Assembly (NCBI GenBank): GCA_963692865.2
Contig: OY843592.1
Span: 672,001-736,000 of the forward strand
Length of the DNA stretch: 64,000 bases
Direction: 5' to 3'
DNA from: a bacterium
GTDB taxonomy: Bacteria > UBA8248
A program made the translations under genes and the position numbers. Below, in pieces: positions 48,420-62,514 of the stretch. Under the pieces are notes generated by a model that did no database searches, was not told where the DNA came from, and saw nothing but the letters and a program-made list of their open reading frames with translations. Within the stretch, counting starts at the first letter, position 1; the number at the start of each line of letters is the position of its first letter.

Positions 48420-49529
48420 TTGCGCCTCGCCGAACTAACCCTGAAAAACTTCAGAAACTATCCAAGGCTCGAATTCAGGCCTCACCCGGGATTCAACTAC
48501 ATTTTCGGCGATAATGGAGCGGGTAAAACGAACCTGCTGGAAGCTGTTTATTACCTTTCGCACCTGCGCTCTTTTCGCCCGATCTCCAGGGAGAAGATGG
48601 TGCTCCATGGCAGCGAGGGGATGTATGCGTCCGGCGTGTTCGCCGAGGACGGGAGCGGCGGGGAGACGCGGCTCGAGGCCGCGTTTTACGGGTTGGAGCG
48701 AAGGTACAAGAAAAACGGACGGGAACTGCGGGGGCTGATGCCCTACCTCGACAGCTCGCACGTCATCGTTTTTTTTCCCGAGACGCCCCAAATCGTCAGG
48801 GAGGGACCGGGAGCAAGGCGGCGTTTTTTCGATCGGGCGATAGCGGCCGTCGAGCCGGCCCATCTCGATGATTCCAGGGCCTATGCGAAACTGCTCTCGG
48901 AGAGGAATCATCTTTTGAGAAAAGGAGCCGATTCTGCTATGATTCTGGTGTGGCAGGAGCGACTGGTTGAAACGGCCGCCCGCATCATCGTCCGCAGGAA
49001 AAGATATATACATTCATTGAAAAACCGGCTGAATCACCTGGAGAGTCTGTTTGGAGAAACACGGGAATCCAGGATTTCGGTGGCGTATGAAGCCAAAGGA
49101 CTCCCCGGAGGAGACGAAGGAACCGAAGGGGACATACGAGAGGGTTTGCTGGCGACGGCGCGGAGGCTCGCCAAAGAGGAGACGACGAGGAAGACGACGC
49201 TCTGGGGGCCGCAGCTTGATGATTTCCACTTGTCCTGGAAGGAGCGCCGCGCGAAGGACGTCGCTTCCCAGGGCGAACAGCGGCTCATCACGATACTGCT
49301 GGTGTCGGCGAACGCCGAGGAATACAAGAGCAGAAGAAAAGAGACCCCCGTCGTGTTGCTTGATGATTTGGGTTCCGAACTCGACGCGGACAGGGAGAAG
49401 AAGGTCTTGCTGTTCCTCGGCTCCCTGGGAGCGCAGACCTTCATCACGTCGACCGAGGATTCCCGGTTGAGTGAGGTCGAGGGAAAGAAGTTTCTGGTTC
49501 GAGACGCGGCTGTTAAAAGCATGGACTGA
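48420..49529 (+). CDS. recF: DNA replication/repair protein RecF
   Basis: LKNFRNY, GDNGAGKTNLLEA, SQGEQR, LLDDLGSELD; TTG start 48420. Confidence 0.95.
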   Translation: MRLAELTLKNFRNYPRLEFRPHPGFNYIFGDNGAGKTNLLEAVYYLSHLRSFRPISREKMVLHGSEGMYASGVFAEDGSGGETRLEAAFYGLERRYKKNGRELRGLMPYLDSSHVIVFFPETPQIVREGPGARRRFFDRAIAAVEPAHLDDSRAYAKLLSERNHLLRKGADSAMILVWQERLVETAARIIVRRKRYIHSLKNRLNHLESLFGETRESRISVAYEAKGLPGGDEGTEGDIREGLLATARRLAKEETTRKTTLWGPQLDDFHLSWKERRAKDVASQGEQRLITILLVSANAEEYKSRRKETPVVLLDDLGSELDADREKKVLLFLGSLGAQTFITSTEDSRLSEVEGKKFLVRDAAVKSMD

Positions 49530-52022
<2,493 letters not shown>

Positions 52023-52058
52023 CGCGGGAGGCCCGCTCTGCCCGCAATTTCTCCGAGA

Positions 52059-52517
52059 CTAGAAGCGCGCCTCCTCGTGGCAGCGCACGCAGGCGGCGTG
52101 CACCCCCAAGAGCGCTTTGGCGGCGTCGTCGATTTTCTTGCTCCCCGCCGCTTTGGCGAGGCCCGACGCGGCGCCTTCGAGCCGCCGCGAGAAAGCGAGC
52201 ATCGAGCTGTCCCCCCGGAACTCCTCAGCGCCGGGAAGGATTTTCGCCGTGGCGGCGATGGCCTTCGCATGCTTTTGGATGGTTGCATAGGGCGTCTCGC
52301 TCACGAGCTCCTGAACCGAGGTGACGAGGACGGCCTTTACCAGCGCGCCGAAGTCCGCATCGAGCGCCTCCATCAAAGCCCCCACCTCATGGGAGTGGGC
52401 TCCGTCCTTTCCGCCCTTGTGGCTCTCGACCATTCCCGAGGAAGCGAGGAGCGCCGGCAGAAAGACGATGGCCGCAACGAGGCGAGCGAACGGCTTGAAT
52501 TTCTCGGAAGGCCGCAT
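52059..52517 (-). CDS. secreted cytochrome c'-like (class II) protein
   Basis: Signal peptide, helical body, C-terminal CVRCH heme motif. Confidence 0.75.
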   Translation of the reverse strand: MRPSEKFKPFARLVAAIVFLPALLASSGMVESHKGGKDGAHSHEVGALMEALDADFGALVKAVLVTSVQELVSETPYATIQKHAKAIAATAKILPGAEEFRGDSSMLAFSRRLEGAASGLAKAAGSKKIDDAAKALLGVHAACVRCHEEARF

Positions 52518-52825
52518 GGTTTTCCTCCGGGGCAAGAGGGAGTAGCCGGGGATTGGTTCGGGTTTTGCGCTCCTATTGTCCACAAACGGAGGCTCTTGGG
52601 CAATCAGGCGGACGAATAAAAGCGCGGACCTTCAAACCTTTGAAACAAGGGGGCTTGCGGCCTCCCCAAAAGCGGCGCAAGTTGTTGTTTTCGTTTTCCA
52701 TCGCAACCGTTTTTATGGTATAAGACGGTGTTTGCGTTTCCCCCCGCCTGGGTCGCCCCTATCCGGTTTTTTGGAGCCATTGAGACGGCCTTTGTTCGCG
52801 CCGTCGGCAGGAGAGTTTCGAGAGC

Positions 52826-55255
<2,430 letters not shown>

Positions 55256-55269
55256 ACACTGGGTGGAAG

Positions 55270-56820
55270 ATGCGGAACAAGAATGAAAGGGCGGGGCGTC
55301 CGGCTCTCCTCTCGGCCCCGGCGTGTTTGCTTGCGCTGGCTTTTTTGTGTTTTGGATGCGGCGGCGCGGAGCCGCCCTCCCGTGAGCCTGCGGCGCCGGA
55401 GCAAAAGACGAGAGAGGCCGTTTCCCTGTCCGCCCGGGTGCTCAAGCGAGCGCCTTCTCCCGCCCGGCCTGCGCCCTCACCGGAATCAGAGACGCCGCCG
55501 GAGGCCGAGCCGTCCCCACCGAGCCGCGCCACGGTTTTGAGCGAAAAAGGAGAGGCGGCTTATCGGCAAGAGGACTACCGGCTTGCCGAAAAGAGGTTTC
55601 GCGAGGCGCTTGTCCATGATCCGGCGCTCCTCCATGCCCTCACGGGCCTCGGCTGGGCCCTTTACGATTCGGAACGCCCCGATGAGGCTTTCCTCTATTT
55701 CGAGCGGGCGAAAAAACTCTACCCGAACAGCGGGAGCGCGCGGCGTGGACTCGCCTACCTGTTGTATCGCTACGGGCGGCTGAAGGAGGCGACGGCGCTT
55801 CTCGGCTCGCTCGACAAGGCGATATGGCCTGAACTCGCCAACATCGAGTATGAACTCAAGGCTCGCTCGATCAAGGGATCGCCCGCCCCTCGGCTCCCGG
55901 GGGGAAAGGACGAGGAGAAGAGCGCTGAGCCGCCAACCGCGGCCGCGTTTCCCGAGCCGACCGAGCCTGCGTTGCAACGAGCGGCCAAGCCGCAATCAGC
56001 GCCGAAAACGGAGCCCGAGAACGAAACCGCGAAACTCGCGCGCGAGGTGTTGAAACCGCCGCGCCCGCCTGCCGAGAACATTGCGCCGCCGCCCGCCCGA
56101 AGGCCTTCTCTCAAGGGGATGGTGAACATTCCCGGCGGGCGCTTCATGATGGGCGTCGAGTTCGCTTATCCGAAAAGGGCGCGCGGCAGACGGCGGCGCA
56201 GGCGCGCGGCCCTGAAAGCAACGGGCGGCAGGCCCGTCGATGTCGCATCCTTTCGACTGGACAAGTTCGAGGTGACGAATTCTCTCTACGCGGATTTCGT
56301 GCGTGCGACGAGGGGGCCGGAGCCCCCCTTTTGGCGCAAAGTCCATTTCGCGGGGCCTCATCTGCCCGTGGTCGGGATTACCTGGGAGGAGGCGCGCGCG
56401 TACTGCGCGTGGGCCGGAAAGCGGTTGCCCACGGAGGCCGAATGGGAGTACGCCGCTCGGGGCGCGGGGAAGGGCAGGCGGTATCCGTGGGGCAACGCGC
56501 GGCGCGACAGGAACGCCGTTTTCGGCTTGAGTCCCGACGCGGGCGGCCCCAAGGCCGTGGGAAGGCGGCCCGATGGCGCCAGCGTTTACGGGGTGGAGGA
56601 TCTGGCCGGAAACGTCTGGGAGTGGGTGGAGGATGAATTCAGGACGAAGCCCGAAGACGCCCGGCCAATTACGCGAAACGGCCGGCCGCTCCGAACGCTC
56701 AAGGGCGGTTCGTGGGTGAACGGGTGGTGGGCGCTTGCCTCCTCCCACAGAACGGGCGACGTCCCCGAGCACAGATTGCCCGCATACGGGTTTCGTTGCG
56801 CGGCGGATGCGCCGAAATGA
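55270..56820 (+). CDS. lipoprotein with TPR and FGE-sulfatase (SUMF1/EgtB/PvdO) domains
   Basis: LCFGC lipobox, TPR helices, EVTN, PVVGITWEEA..YC.W..KRLPTEAEWEYAARG, GNVWEW, GFRC. Confidence 0.85.
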   Translation: MRNKNERAGRPALLSAPACLLALAFLCFGCGGAEPPSREPAAPEQKTREAVSLSARVLKRAPSPARPAPSPESETPPEAEPSPPSRATVLSEKGEAAYRQEDYRLAEKRFREALVHDPALLHALTGLGWALYDSERPDEAFLYFERAKKLYPNSGSARRGLAYLLYRYGRLKEATALLGSLDKAIWPELANIEYELKARSIKGSPAPRLPGGKDEEKSAEPPTAAAFPEPTEPALQRAAKPQSAPKTEPENETAKLAREVLKPPRPPAENIAPPPARRPSLKGMVNIPGGRFMMGVEFAYPKRARGRRRRRRAALKATGGRPVDVASFRLDKFEVTNSLYADFVRATRGPEPPFWRKVHFAGPHLPVVGITWEEARAYCAWAGKRLPTEAEWEYAARGAGKGRRYPWGNARRDRNAVFGLSPDAGGPKAVGRRPDGASVYGVEDLAGNVWEWVEDEFRTKPEDARPITRNGRPLRTLKGGSWVNGWWALASSHRTGDVPEHRLPAYGFRCAADAPK

Positions 56821-56897
56821 GATATGCGAGTATAATTTCCCATACGTCTTTAATAAAATAAACGATGGAACACGACTCCCCGGAAAAGGAGAGTATC

Positions 56898-57425
56898 ATG
56901 CGTTCGAGAAATGGACGGTTTCTATTGCTGTTGCCCGCAGTTCTTGGGGCGCTCCTTTGGGCGGCGGGCGCCGAGGCGCAGAGCCTGACGCCGCCGCTGA
57001 CCCCGCCCGAGGCGCAGCCCGTTCCGGGCCAGTCGCCTTCCGCGGCCCCGACCCTCGCGCCGCCTGCGCCGGCGATGCCCCAGCAGGCTCCTCTAACTCC
57101 GGCAGAGCCGCAGCGTCCTCTGGACATCATCGTCACCATCACGCTGGCGACGGGAAGAGCGGAAACTTTCGCGCGCGAGATCGACCGGCTCGAAATCATC
57201 ACCGGAGCCGGCGGCGCGGTCGAGATGATCCATCTGCTTCTGGTCACGGGCGGGGAGCGCAACACGCACGTCTGGTACAACTACGGCCAGGTCGCCAAGC
57301 TGAGTTATCGCTTCGTCACCCCCGAGGGGAAGGCGAAGGTGTACGTGCGCCCGCTGCAGACTTCACCGACGACGAGGGACCTCACGGACAGGCTCGAGCC
57401 GCTCAGCCCCCGCGAGTTCAGGTAG
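56898..57425 (+). CDS. hypothetical secreted Pro-rich protein
   Basis: RBS AAGGAG, signal peptide ending AEA, Pro/Ala-rich linker, C-terminal globular region. Confidence 0.65.
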   Translation: MRSRNGRFLLLLPAVLGALLWAAGAEAQSLTPPLTPPEAQPVPGQSPSAAPTLAPPAPAMPQQAPLTPAEPQRPLDIIVTITLATGRAETFAREIDRLEIITGAGGAVEMIHLLLVTGGERNTHVWYNYGQVAKLSYRFVTPEGKAKVYVRPLQTSPTTRDLTDRLEPLSPREFR

Positions 57426-57437
57426 GGCGTTTCGCCG

Positions 57438-58337
57438 ATGAGCGACAAGGGCTACGCGAACCCGGACCTCGCCTTGACGCCCGCGCGGCTCGCAGAGCGC
57501 ATCGGCGAGCGCAAGGGAGACGACCTCGTCATCATCGACACGCGGCAGGCGCCCGAGTTTTGCGCGGGCCACATCGAGGGCGCCGCGCATCTGGATCTCT
57601 ACGGAATTTCGCTGAACGACACCCGCCCGCAGGCGCTGGCCGCCTTTACCTGGATGCTCGCCTATCTCATGGAGATACGGGGCGTCGACTACGACAAGAC
57701 GGTGGTCTTCTATCAGGAGAACGCGGGCTTTCGTTCGGCGCGCGGGTTCTGGTTCCTGGAGTATCTCGGCCATGAGGACGTCCATGTTCTGGACGGCGGC
57801 ATCGACGCCTGGAAAGCCGCGGGGCTGCCCGTGACGCGCGACGCCTGGCCGATGGCGGGTGGCCCCTACGAGGCGGGCGTCGAGGGCCACAGGCGCATCC
57901 TGAGAACCTCGTTCGCGAGCCGGCTCGAACCGTTCGAGGAGGGCCGCATCGCCACGGCGGACTATATACTGAACCATCTGGGCGATCCGGACGTTGCGAT
58001 TCACGACACGCGCTCGGAGGGCGAGTATTTCGCCGAGAACGTCCGGGCCGCGCGCGGCGGCGCGGTTCCGGGCTCGATCCACCTCGAATGGAGCGAGGCC
58101 GTCGCGGCGGACGGATCGCTCAAGCCCGCCCCCGAATTGAAGGCGCTGCTCGAACCGAGGGGCCTGACGCCCGACAGGGAAATGGCGCCGCTCTGCCAGG
58201 GCGGTTACCGCTCCGCCCACGCCTATCTCGTCTACCGGCTGCTCGGCTACCCGAGGATCAGGAACTATCTCGGCTCCTGGAAAGAGTGGGGCGACAGAAA
58301 AGACCTGCCCATTGAAGTCCCCAGGCGAAGCGCTTAA
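57438..58337 (+). CDS. tandem-domain rhodanese / thiosulfate sulfurtransferase
   Basis: GHIEGA, VLDGG, DTRS..EY, CQGGYRS, YLGSWKEW. Confidence 0.92.
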   Translation: MSDKGYANPDLALTPARLAERIGERKGDDLVIIDTRQAPEFCAGHIEGAAHLDLYGISLNDTRPQALAAFTWMLAYLMEIRGVDYDKTVVFYQENAGFRSARGFWFLEYLGHEDVHVLDGGIDAWKAAGLPVTRDAWPMAGGPYEAGVEGHRRILRTSFASRLEPFEEGRIATADYILNHLGDPDVAIHDTRSEGEYFAENVRAARGGAVPGSIHLEWSEAVAADGSLKPAPELKALLEPRGLTPDREMAPLCQGGYRSAHAYLVYRLLGYPRIRNYLGSWKEWGDRKDLPIEVPRRSA

Positions 58338-58361
58338 TCACCGGATCGGACTCGGCGCGGC

Positions 58362-58880
58362 TCAGCCGCCCTTCAGGACGCGCACGAGCGTTTGGGCGAC
58401 GACGCCGGCCACGGGCGGAATCCAGAACACGGCCATTACGCGGAACATAAAGAACTCCGATCCGAGGATGGGGATCTCATACGCGAACGCGCGCACCGGG
58501 CCGATCAGGGCCGATGCGGTAAGCATCGTAATCATCGGCCCGAAGCCCGCGCCTCCCTGGATCAGCCCGGCCACGAGCGGGTAGAGCACGAAGGGCGCGC
58601 CCATGGGGAACATGAACCCCGCCAGCCAGCCGATGAAGATGCCGCGCCAGCCGGATCGATCGGAGAGCCAGTTCTGTAGAATCTCCTTCGGCAGGACCTC
58701 GGCCACGAGCGCGCCGATGAACATGCCGAGAATGAGCTTGGGAAGAATGGTCACGATGAGGCTTCCCGCGCGGCCCGCGGGAGCCCAGGGCAATTCGCCT
58801 GATTTCTGATACGCCAGAAACGCCAGGAGCAGCGCGATGCCCGCGAGAAAAAGAGAGGTCTTGTCGAAAATGCCGGACAT
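58362..58880 (-). CDS. small membrane permease-like protein
   Basis: MSGIFDKTSL start; several TM segments; GAPFVLYPLVAGL..GGAG pattern of DUF318-type half-permeases. Confidence 0.7.
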   Translation of the reverse strand: MSGIFDKTSLFLAGIALLLAFLAYQKSGELPWAPAGRAGSLIVTILPKLILGMFIGALVAEVLPKEILQNWLSDRSGWRGIFIGWLAGFMFPMGAPFVLYPLVAGLIQGGAGFGPMITMLTASALIGPVRAFAYEIPILGSEFFMFRVMAVFWIPPVAGVVAQTLVRVLKGG

Positions 58881-59037
58881 GTTCGTTCCTCTTGGAAAGG
58901 GAGCCGTAAAAACGCCGGTGGAACCCGTTCGGCGGGAACAGCGAGTATAGCCCCAGGGGGCGCCCCGGGTGAACCGATCCGGCGGATTTTGGCGAGGCGG
59001 GAAAGAGGGCGCTTCATCGGCTTTCAGGGAGAGGAAA

Positions 59038-60306
59038 TTGGCGGGAGCGTATCTCACCGCTTCCCTCGCCGGAACGGGCGGGCGGCTGCGGGCTAGACCA
59101 GAGGATTTCCGGGTGGAGGAGATTCCGCTCGCGCGCCCGAGCGGCGACGGGGAGCATCTCCATTTGTGGGTGGAAAAGCGAGGGGTTTCGACCATCGATG
59201 CGTTTCGGGCCTTGCGCCGGGCGCTGGATGTCCCCGAGGCGGAGGCGGGCTACGCGGGCCTGAAAGACGCCAATGCAGTGACGAGGCAATGGTTTTCTTT
59301 CAGGACGAAAACACGAAAACCTCCCGGCGCCGTCTCGAGGCTGGAGCAAAAGGGAATCCGGGTTCTCGAGGCGACGCGCTCCGGGAACCGCATAAGACAG
59401 GGCTTGCTCGCGGGCAATCGCTTCGAGATATTGGTTCGAGACGTCGGCCCTGAGGCCGGGCAGAAAGCCCGAGAAATTTTGGACTGCCTCGCCGCGCGGG
59501 GGCTGCCCAATGCGTTCGGCGATCAGAGGTTCGGGGTTCACGGCCATACGGCGCGGGTCGGTTTCGAGCTCGCGAGAGGAGACTGGCGTGGCGTGCTGGA
59601 TGTGCTCCTTGGCCTTTCCCGATTTTCCCTTGCGCCGGGACATGTCGACGCCCGCCTTGTGGAAGCCGCGCACAGGTATGAGGCGGGCGGGTTCAGGGGG
59701 GCGAGGGAACTCTATCCCCCTTCCTGGGAAGCGGAGAGGCGCTCGCTCGCCGGCCTGGCGGCAGGGGCCTCGCCCCGGCAGGCGGCGGCTTCGATTCCCT
59801 TGAGGGAGCGGGTCTTGTATGGCGGCGCGCTTCAGGCCGCCGTGTTCAACTCGTGTCTGGCGGGAAGGCTCGAAGCGGGCGCGCACGATCGCATCTGGAC
59901 GGGCGAGGTGATTTTGCACCACGAAACGGGCAAGACCAGGAGGGTGGGCGCGCCGGAGACGGAGGCGCGCTCGCTTGCGCGCTTCGAGATTAGCCCGGCG
60001 GGGCCCCTGATTGGCCGGAAACTCATCGAAGCCCGCGGGGAGGCGGGAAAACTCGAGAGAAGCGTGCTAGAATCCCTCGGCGTCGAGGGGCCGGATATTC
60101 TCGATGGACTCGAAAAGCTGAAACTTTATGGCTCCAGACGCCCGTATCGCGCGCAAATAAAAGAGATGAGCCTGAGGCCGGAAAAAGAAGGCCTGCGCCT
60201 CGGGTTCACCCTGCCGCCGGGGGCGTATGCGAGCGAGGTGTTGCGGGAGTTGACGAAAAACGAACCTCCGGTGGGCGCCGTCACGCGCATCGGGGGCGGG
60301 CGCTGA
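59038..60306 (+). CDS. truD: tRNA pseudouridine(13) synthase TruD
   Basis: PEDFRVEE, YAGLKDANAVTRQWFS, GNRFEI, PNAFGDQRFG, FTLPPGAYA; probable TTG start 59038. Confidence 0.93.
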   Translation: MAGAYLTASLAGTGGRLRARPEDFRVEEIPLARPSGDGEHLHLWVEKRGVSTIDAFRALRRALDVPEAEAGYAGLKDANAVTRQWFSFRTKTRKPPGAVSRLEQKGIRVLEATRSGNRIRQGLLAGNRFEILVRDVGPEAGQKAREILDCLAARGLPNAFGDQRFGVHGHTARVGFELARGDWRGVLDVLLGLSRFSLAPGHVDARLVEAAHRYEAGGFRGARELYPPSWEAERRSLAGLAAGASPRQAAASIPLRERVLYGGALQAAVFNSCLAGRLEAGAHDRIWTGEVILHHETGKTRRVGAPETEARSLARFEISPAGPLIGRKLIEARGEAGKLERSVLESLGVEGPDILDGLEKLKLYGSRRPYRAQIKEMSLRPEKEGLRLGFTLPPGAYASEVLRELTKNEPPVGAVTRIGGGR

Positions 60307-60342
60307 GCGGATCTGGCCGCTTCGTGGGGGAGGTAGTGAATC

Positions 60343-61245
60343 ATGAAGGTTTTTTTGACGGGCGGAACAGGATATGTCGGAGGCGCGCTGCTTTCCCTTC
60401 TGTCGCTGGCGGGCCATGAGATCAGGATGCTCTCACGCGACCCCGAACCGGCGAGGCAGCGCCTCACCTCGACGAGCGGGGCCTTTCCCGTACGCGGTGA
60501 CATCACTGAATACTCGGTCGACCAACTTGCCGAGTTGATGAAGAAACAAGACGCCGTGATCCACCTGGTGGGCATCATCATCGAGAAGGGAACGCCCGGT
60601 TTCGAGGCGGTCCACACCGAGGGCACGCGCCGCATGGTGGCCGCCGCCGAGCAGGCGGGGGTGAAGCGTTTCGTGCACATGAGCGCCCTGGGCACCAGGG
60701 AGAACGCCGTCGCCCGCTATCATAAATCCAAGTTCGCCGCCGAACAGTTCGTCCGCGAGAGCGATCTGGACTGGACGATTTTCCGGCCCTCCATCATCTT
60801 CGGCGAGAACGACGAGTTCCTGAACACCTTCGCGGGCATCGCGCGCATGGCGCCCGCTCTTCCCCTCATCGGCGGAGGAGAGGGAAAGCTCCAGCCCATC
60901 TGGGTGGAGGACGTGTGCCGATGCTTCGCGCAATGCCTCGCCATGCCCGAGACCGTCGGACAGACTTACGACATGGGCGGAGACGCCGCCTATTCGATCA
61001 GGGATATCCTCTCCATGCTGGTGAAGGCGATGGGGAAAAGAAGACTGCTCGTGAACCTGCCCACGCCCATCGCGCGCCTGCAGGCCAGGCTGTTCAACCT
61101 GCTCCCCATGAAGCCCCCCTTTACCGAGGATCAGATAACGATGCTGGGCGAGGACAACGTGTGCGATCCGGCGCCGATGAAAGAGGCTTTCGGCCTCACG
61201 CCTCGGACGCTGGAGAATTATCTGGCCGATCACTTCGGCAGGTAG
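60343..61245 (+). CDS. NDUFA9-like NAD-dependent epimerase/SDR
   Basis: TGGTGYVG, VIHLVGII, HMSALG, YHKSK, RPSIIFG, QPIWVEDV. Confidence 0.9.
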   Translation: MKVFLTGGTGYVGGALLSLLSLAGHEIRMLSRDPEPARQRLTSTSGAFPVRGDITEYSVDQLAELMKKQDAVIHLVGIIIEKGTPGFEAVHTEGTRRMVAAAEQAGVKRFVHMSALGTRENAVARYHKSKFAAEQFVRESDLDWTIFRPSIIFGENDEFLNTFAGIARMAPALPLIGGGEGKLQPIWVEDVCRCFAQCLAMPETVGQTYDMGGDAAYSIRDILSMLVKAMGKRRLLVNLPTPIARLQARLFNLLPMKPPFTEDQITMLGEDNVCDPAPMKEAFGLTPRTLENYLADHFGR

Positions 61246-61286
61246 GCCCGAGAGGCAGATTAAAAGGCGGGAGACTCGCCCGCGCC

Positions 61287-62438
61287 TCATCGTCCGTTCT
61301 TTTTTCCATCCGTGTTGCAGAGCGCGTTTTTGGCCGCGCGCCATGCGGCCCGCTGGGCGGTGGAGACGGGGAGCGTGCGGAAGTCTTCCTCGGACGCCCA
61401 CAGCAATCCGCTCTGGTTGGCCGCCGGCGCGATCTTCCCGAGATTTTCCCCCAGGTACACGACGAACAGAATCTTCCTGTGAGTGAGCGTTCTCTGGATT
61501 CTGGCGAGTTCGCGTCCTGGCCGCCAGCCCGGCCCGAGGAGTTTTGCGCACTGCGCTCTCAGCCGGCGGGGGTCGGCTCTCTCGCGGTGGCCATCCACCA
61601 TGAAGCCGGGCAACTCCCACATGCCGCCGAAAAGGCCCGTTTTCTCCCTTTGGGTGAGAAGAACCCGCCCGCCCTGTTCCGCCCGGAACTGGAAAACGGT
61701 GACCGGCGCGGGCGGTTTTTTGGCGGTTTTCACCGGGAGGGCGTCCTGGGTTCCGGCTTCGTGTCCCGCGCACAGATCGCGCACGGGACACCCTGCGCAA
61801 CCGGGGTTTTTGGGCAGGCAGACTCGGGATCCCAAGTCCATCAGCGCCTCGTTGAAGTCGCCGGGCCTTGCGCGCGGAACGAGCGCTTGCGTCTCCTCTC
61901 GGATGGCTTTTTGAGCGGGTGGGGAATCAACCGGGAGCGAGAAGTTCATGATGCGGCTCATGACCCGCAGGACGTTCCCGTCTATGGCCGCGCACCGCTC
62001 TCCGAAGGCGATGCTGGCGATCGCCCCCGCCATGTAGGGACCGACCCCCGGCAAAGCCAGCAGCGCGGCGCTCGTTTCGGGCATTGCGCCTCCGCCGTCT
62101 CTCGCCACCTGCTGCGCGGCGCGGTGAAGATTTCTCGCGCGGCCGTAATAGCCGAGACCCTGCCATTCGGCCAGCACGGCGTCCAGGGGCGCGTCGGCCA
62201 GAGAGGCCAGGGTGGGAAACCGCTCGATGAAGGCGGGATAGCGAAGCCGGACGGTCTCCGCCCGGGTTTGCTGGAGCATGGCTTCCGAAACCCAGATCCG
62301 GTAGGGGTCTTTCTCGCCGCGCCAGGGGAATTCTCTTTTCTCCTTCTCGTACCAGCTCAGGATGCGCCTTCTGAACCGCCTCCGCCCGGGGGGAGCGAAC
62401 CGGAGGCTTTTCGGTCTGTTTTTCGCGTTGTTTGACAT
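61287..62438 (-). CDS. mutY: A/G-specific adenine glycosylase
   Basis: DPYRIWVSEAMLQQT, WQGLGYY.RARNL, LPGVGPY, DGNV.RV, Cx6Cx2Cx5C cluster. Confidence 0.96.
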   Translation of the reverse strand: MSNNAKNRPKSLRFAPPGRRRFRRRILSWYEKEKREFPWRGEKDPYRIWVSEAMLQQTRAETVRLRYPAFIERFPTLASLADAPLDAVLAEWQGLGYYGRARNLHRAAQQVARDGGGAMPETSAALLALPGVGPYMAGAIASIAFGERCAAIDGNVLRVMSRIMNFSLPVDSPPAQKAIREETQALVPRARPGDFNEALMDLGSRVCLPKNPGCAGCPVRDLCAGHEAGTQDALPVKTAKKPPAPVTVFQFRAEQGGRVLLTQREKTGLFGGMWELPGFMVDGHRERADPRRLRAQCAKLLGPGWRPGRELARIQRTLTHRKILFVVYLGENLGKIAPAANQSGLLWASEEDFRTLPVSTAQRAAWRAAKNALCNTDGKKNGR

Positions 62439-62514
62439 GCGCAGGGCCAGCCGTTATCAAGCGAGTACGTGGTTTCCAGAGACGCCGCTCCAGGTTTCGG
62501 AGTAATGATAGAGC

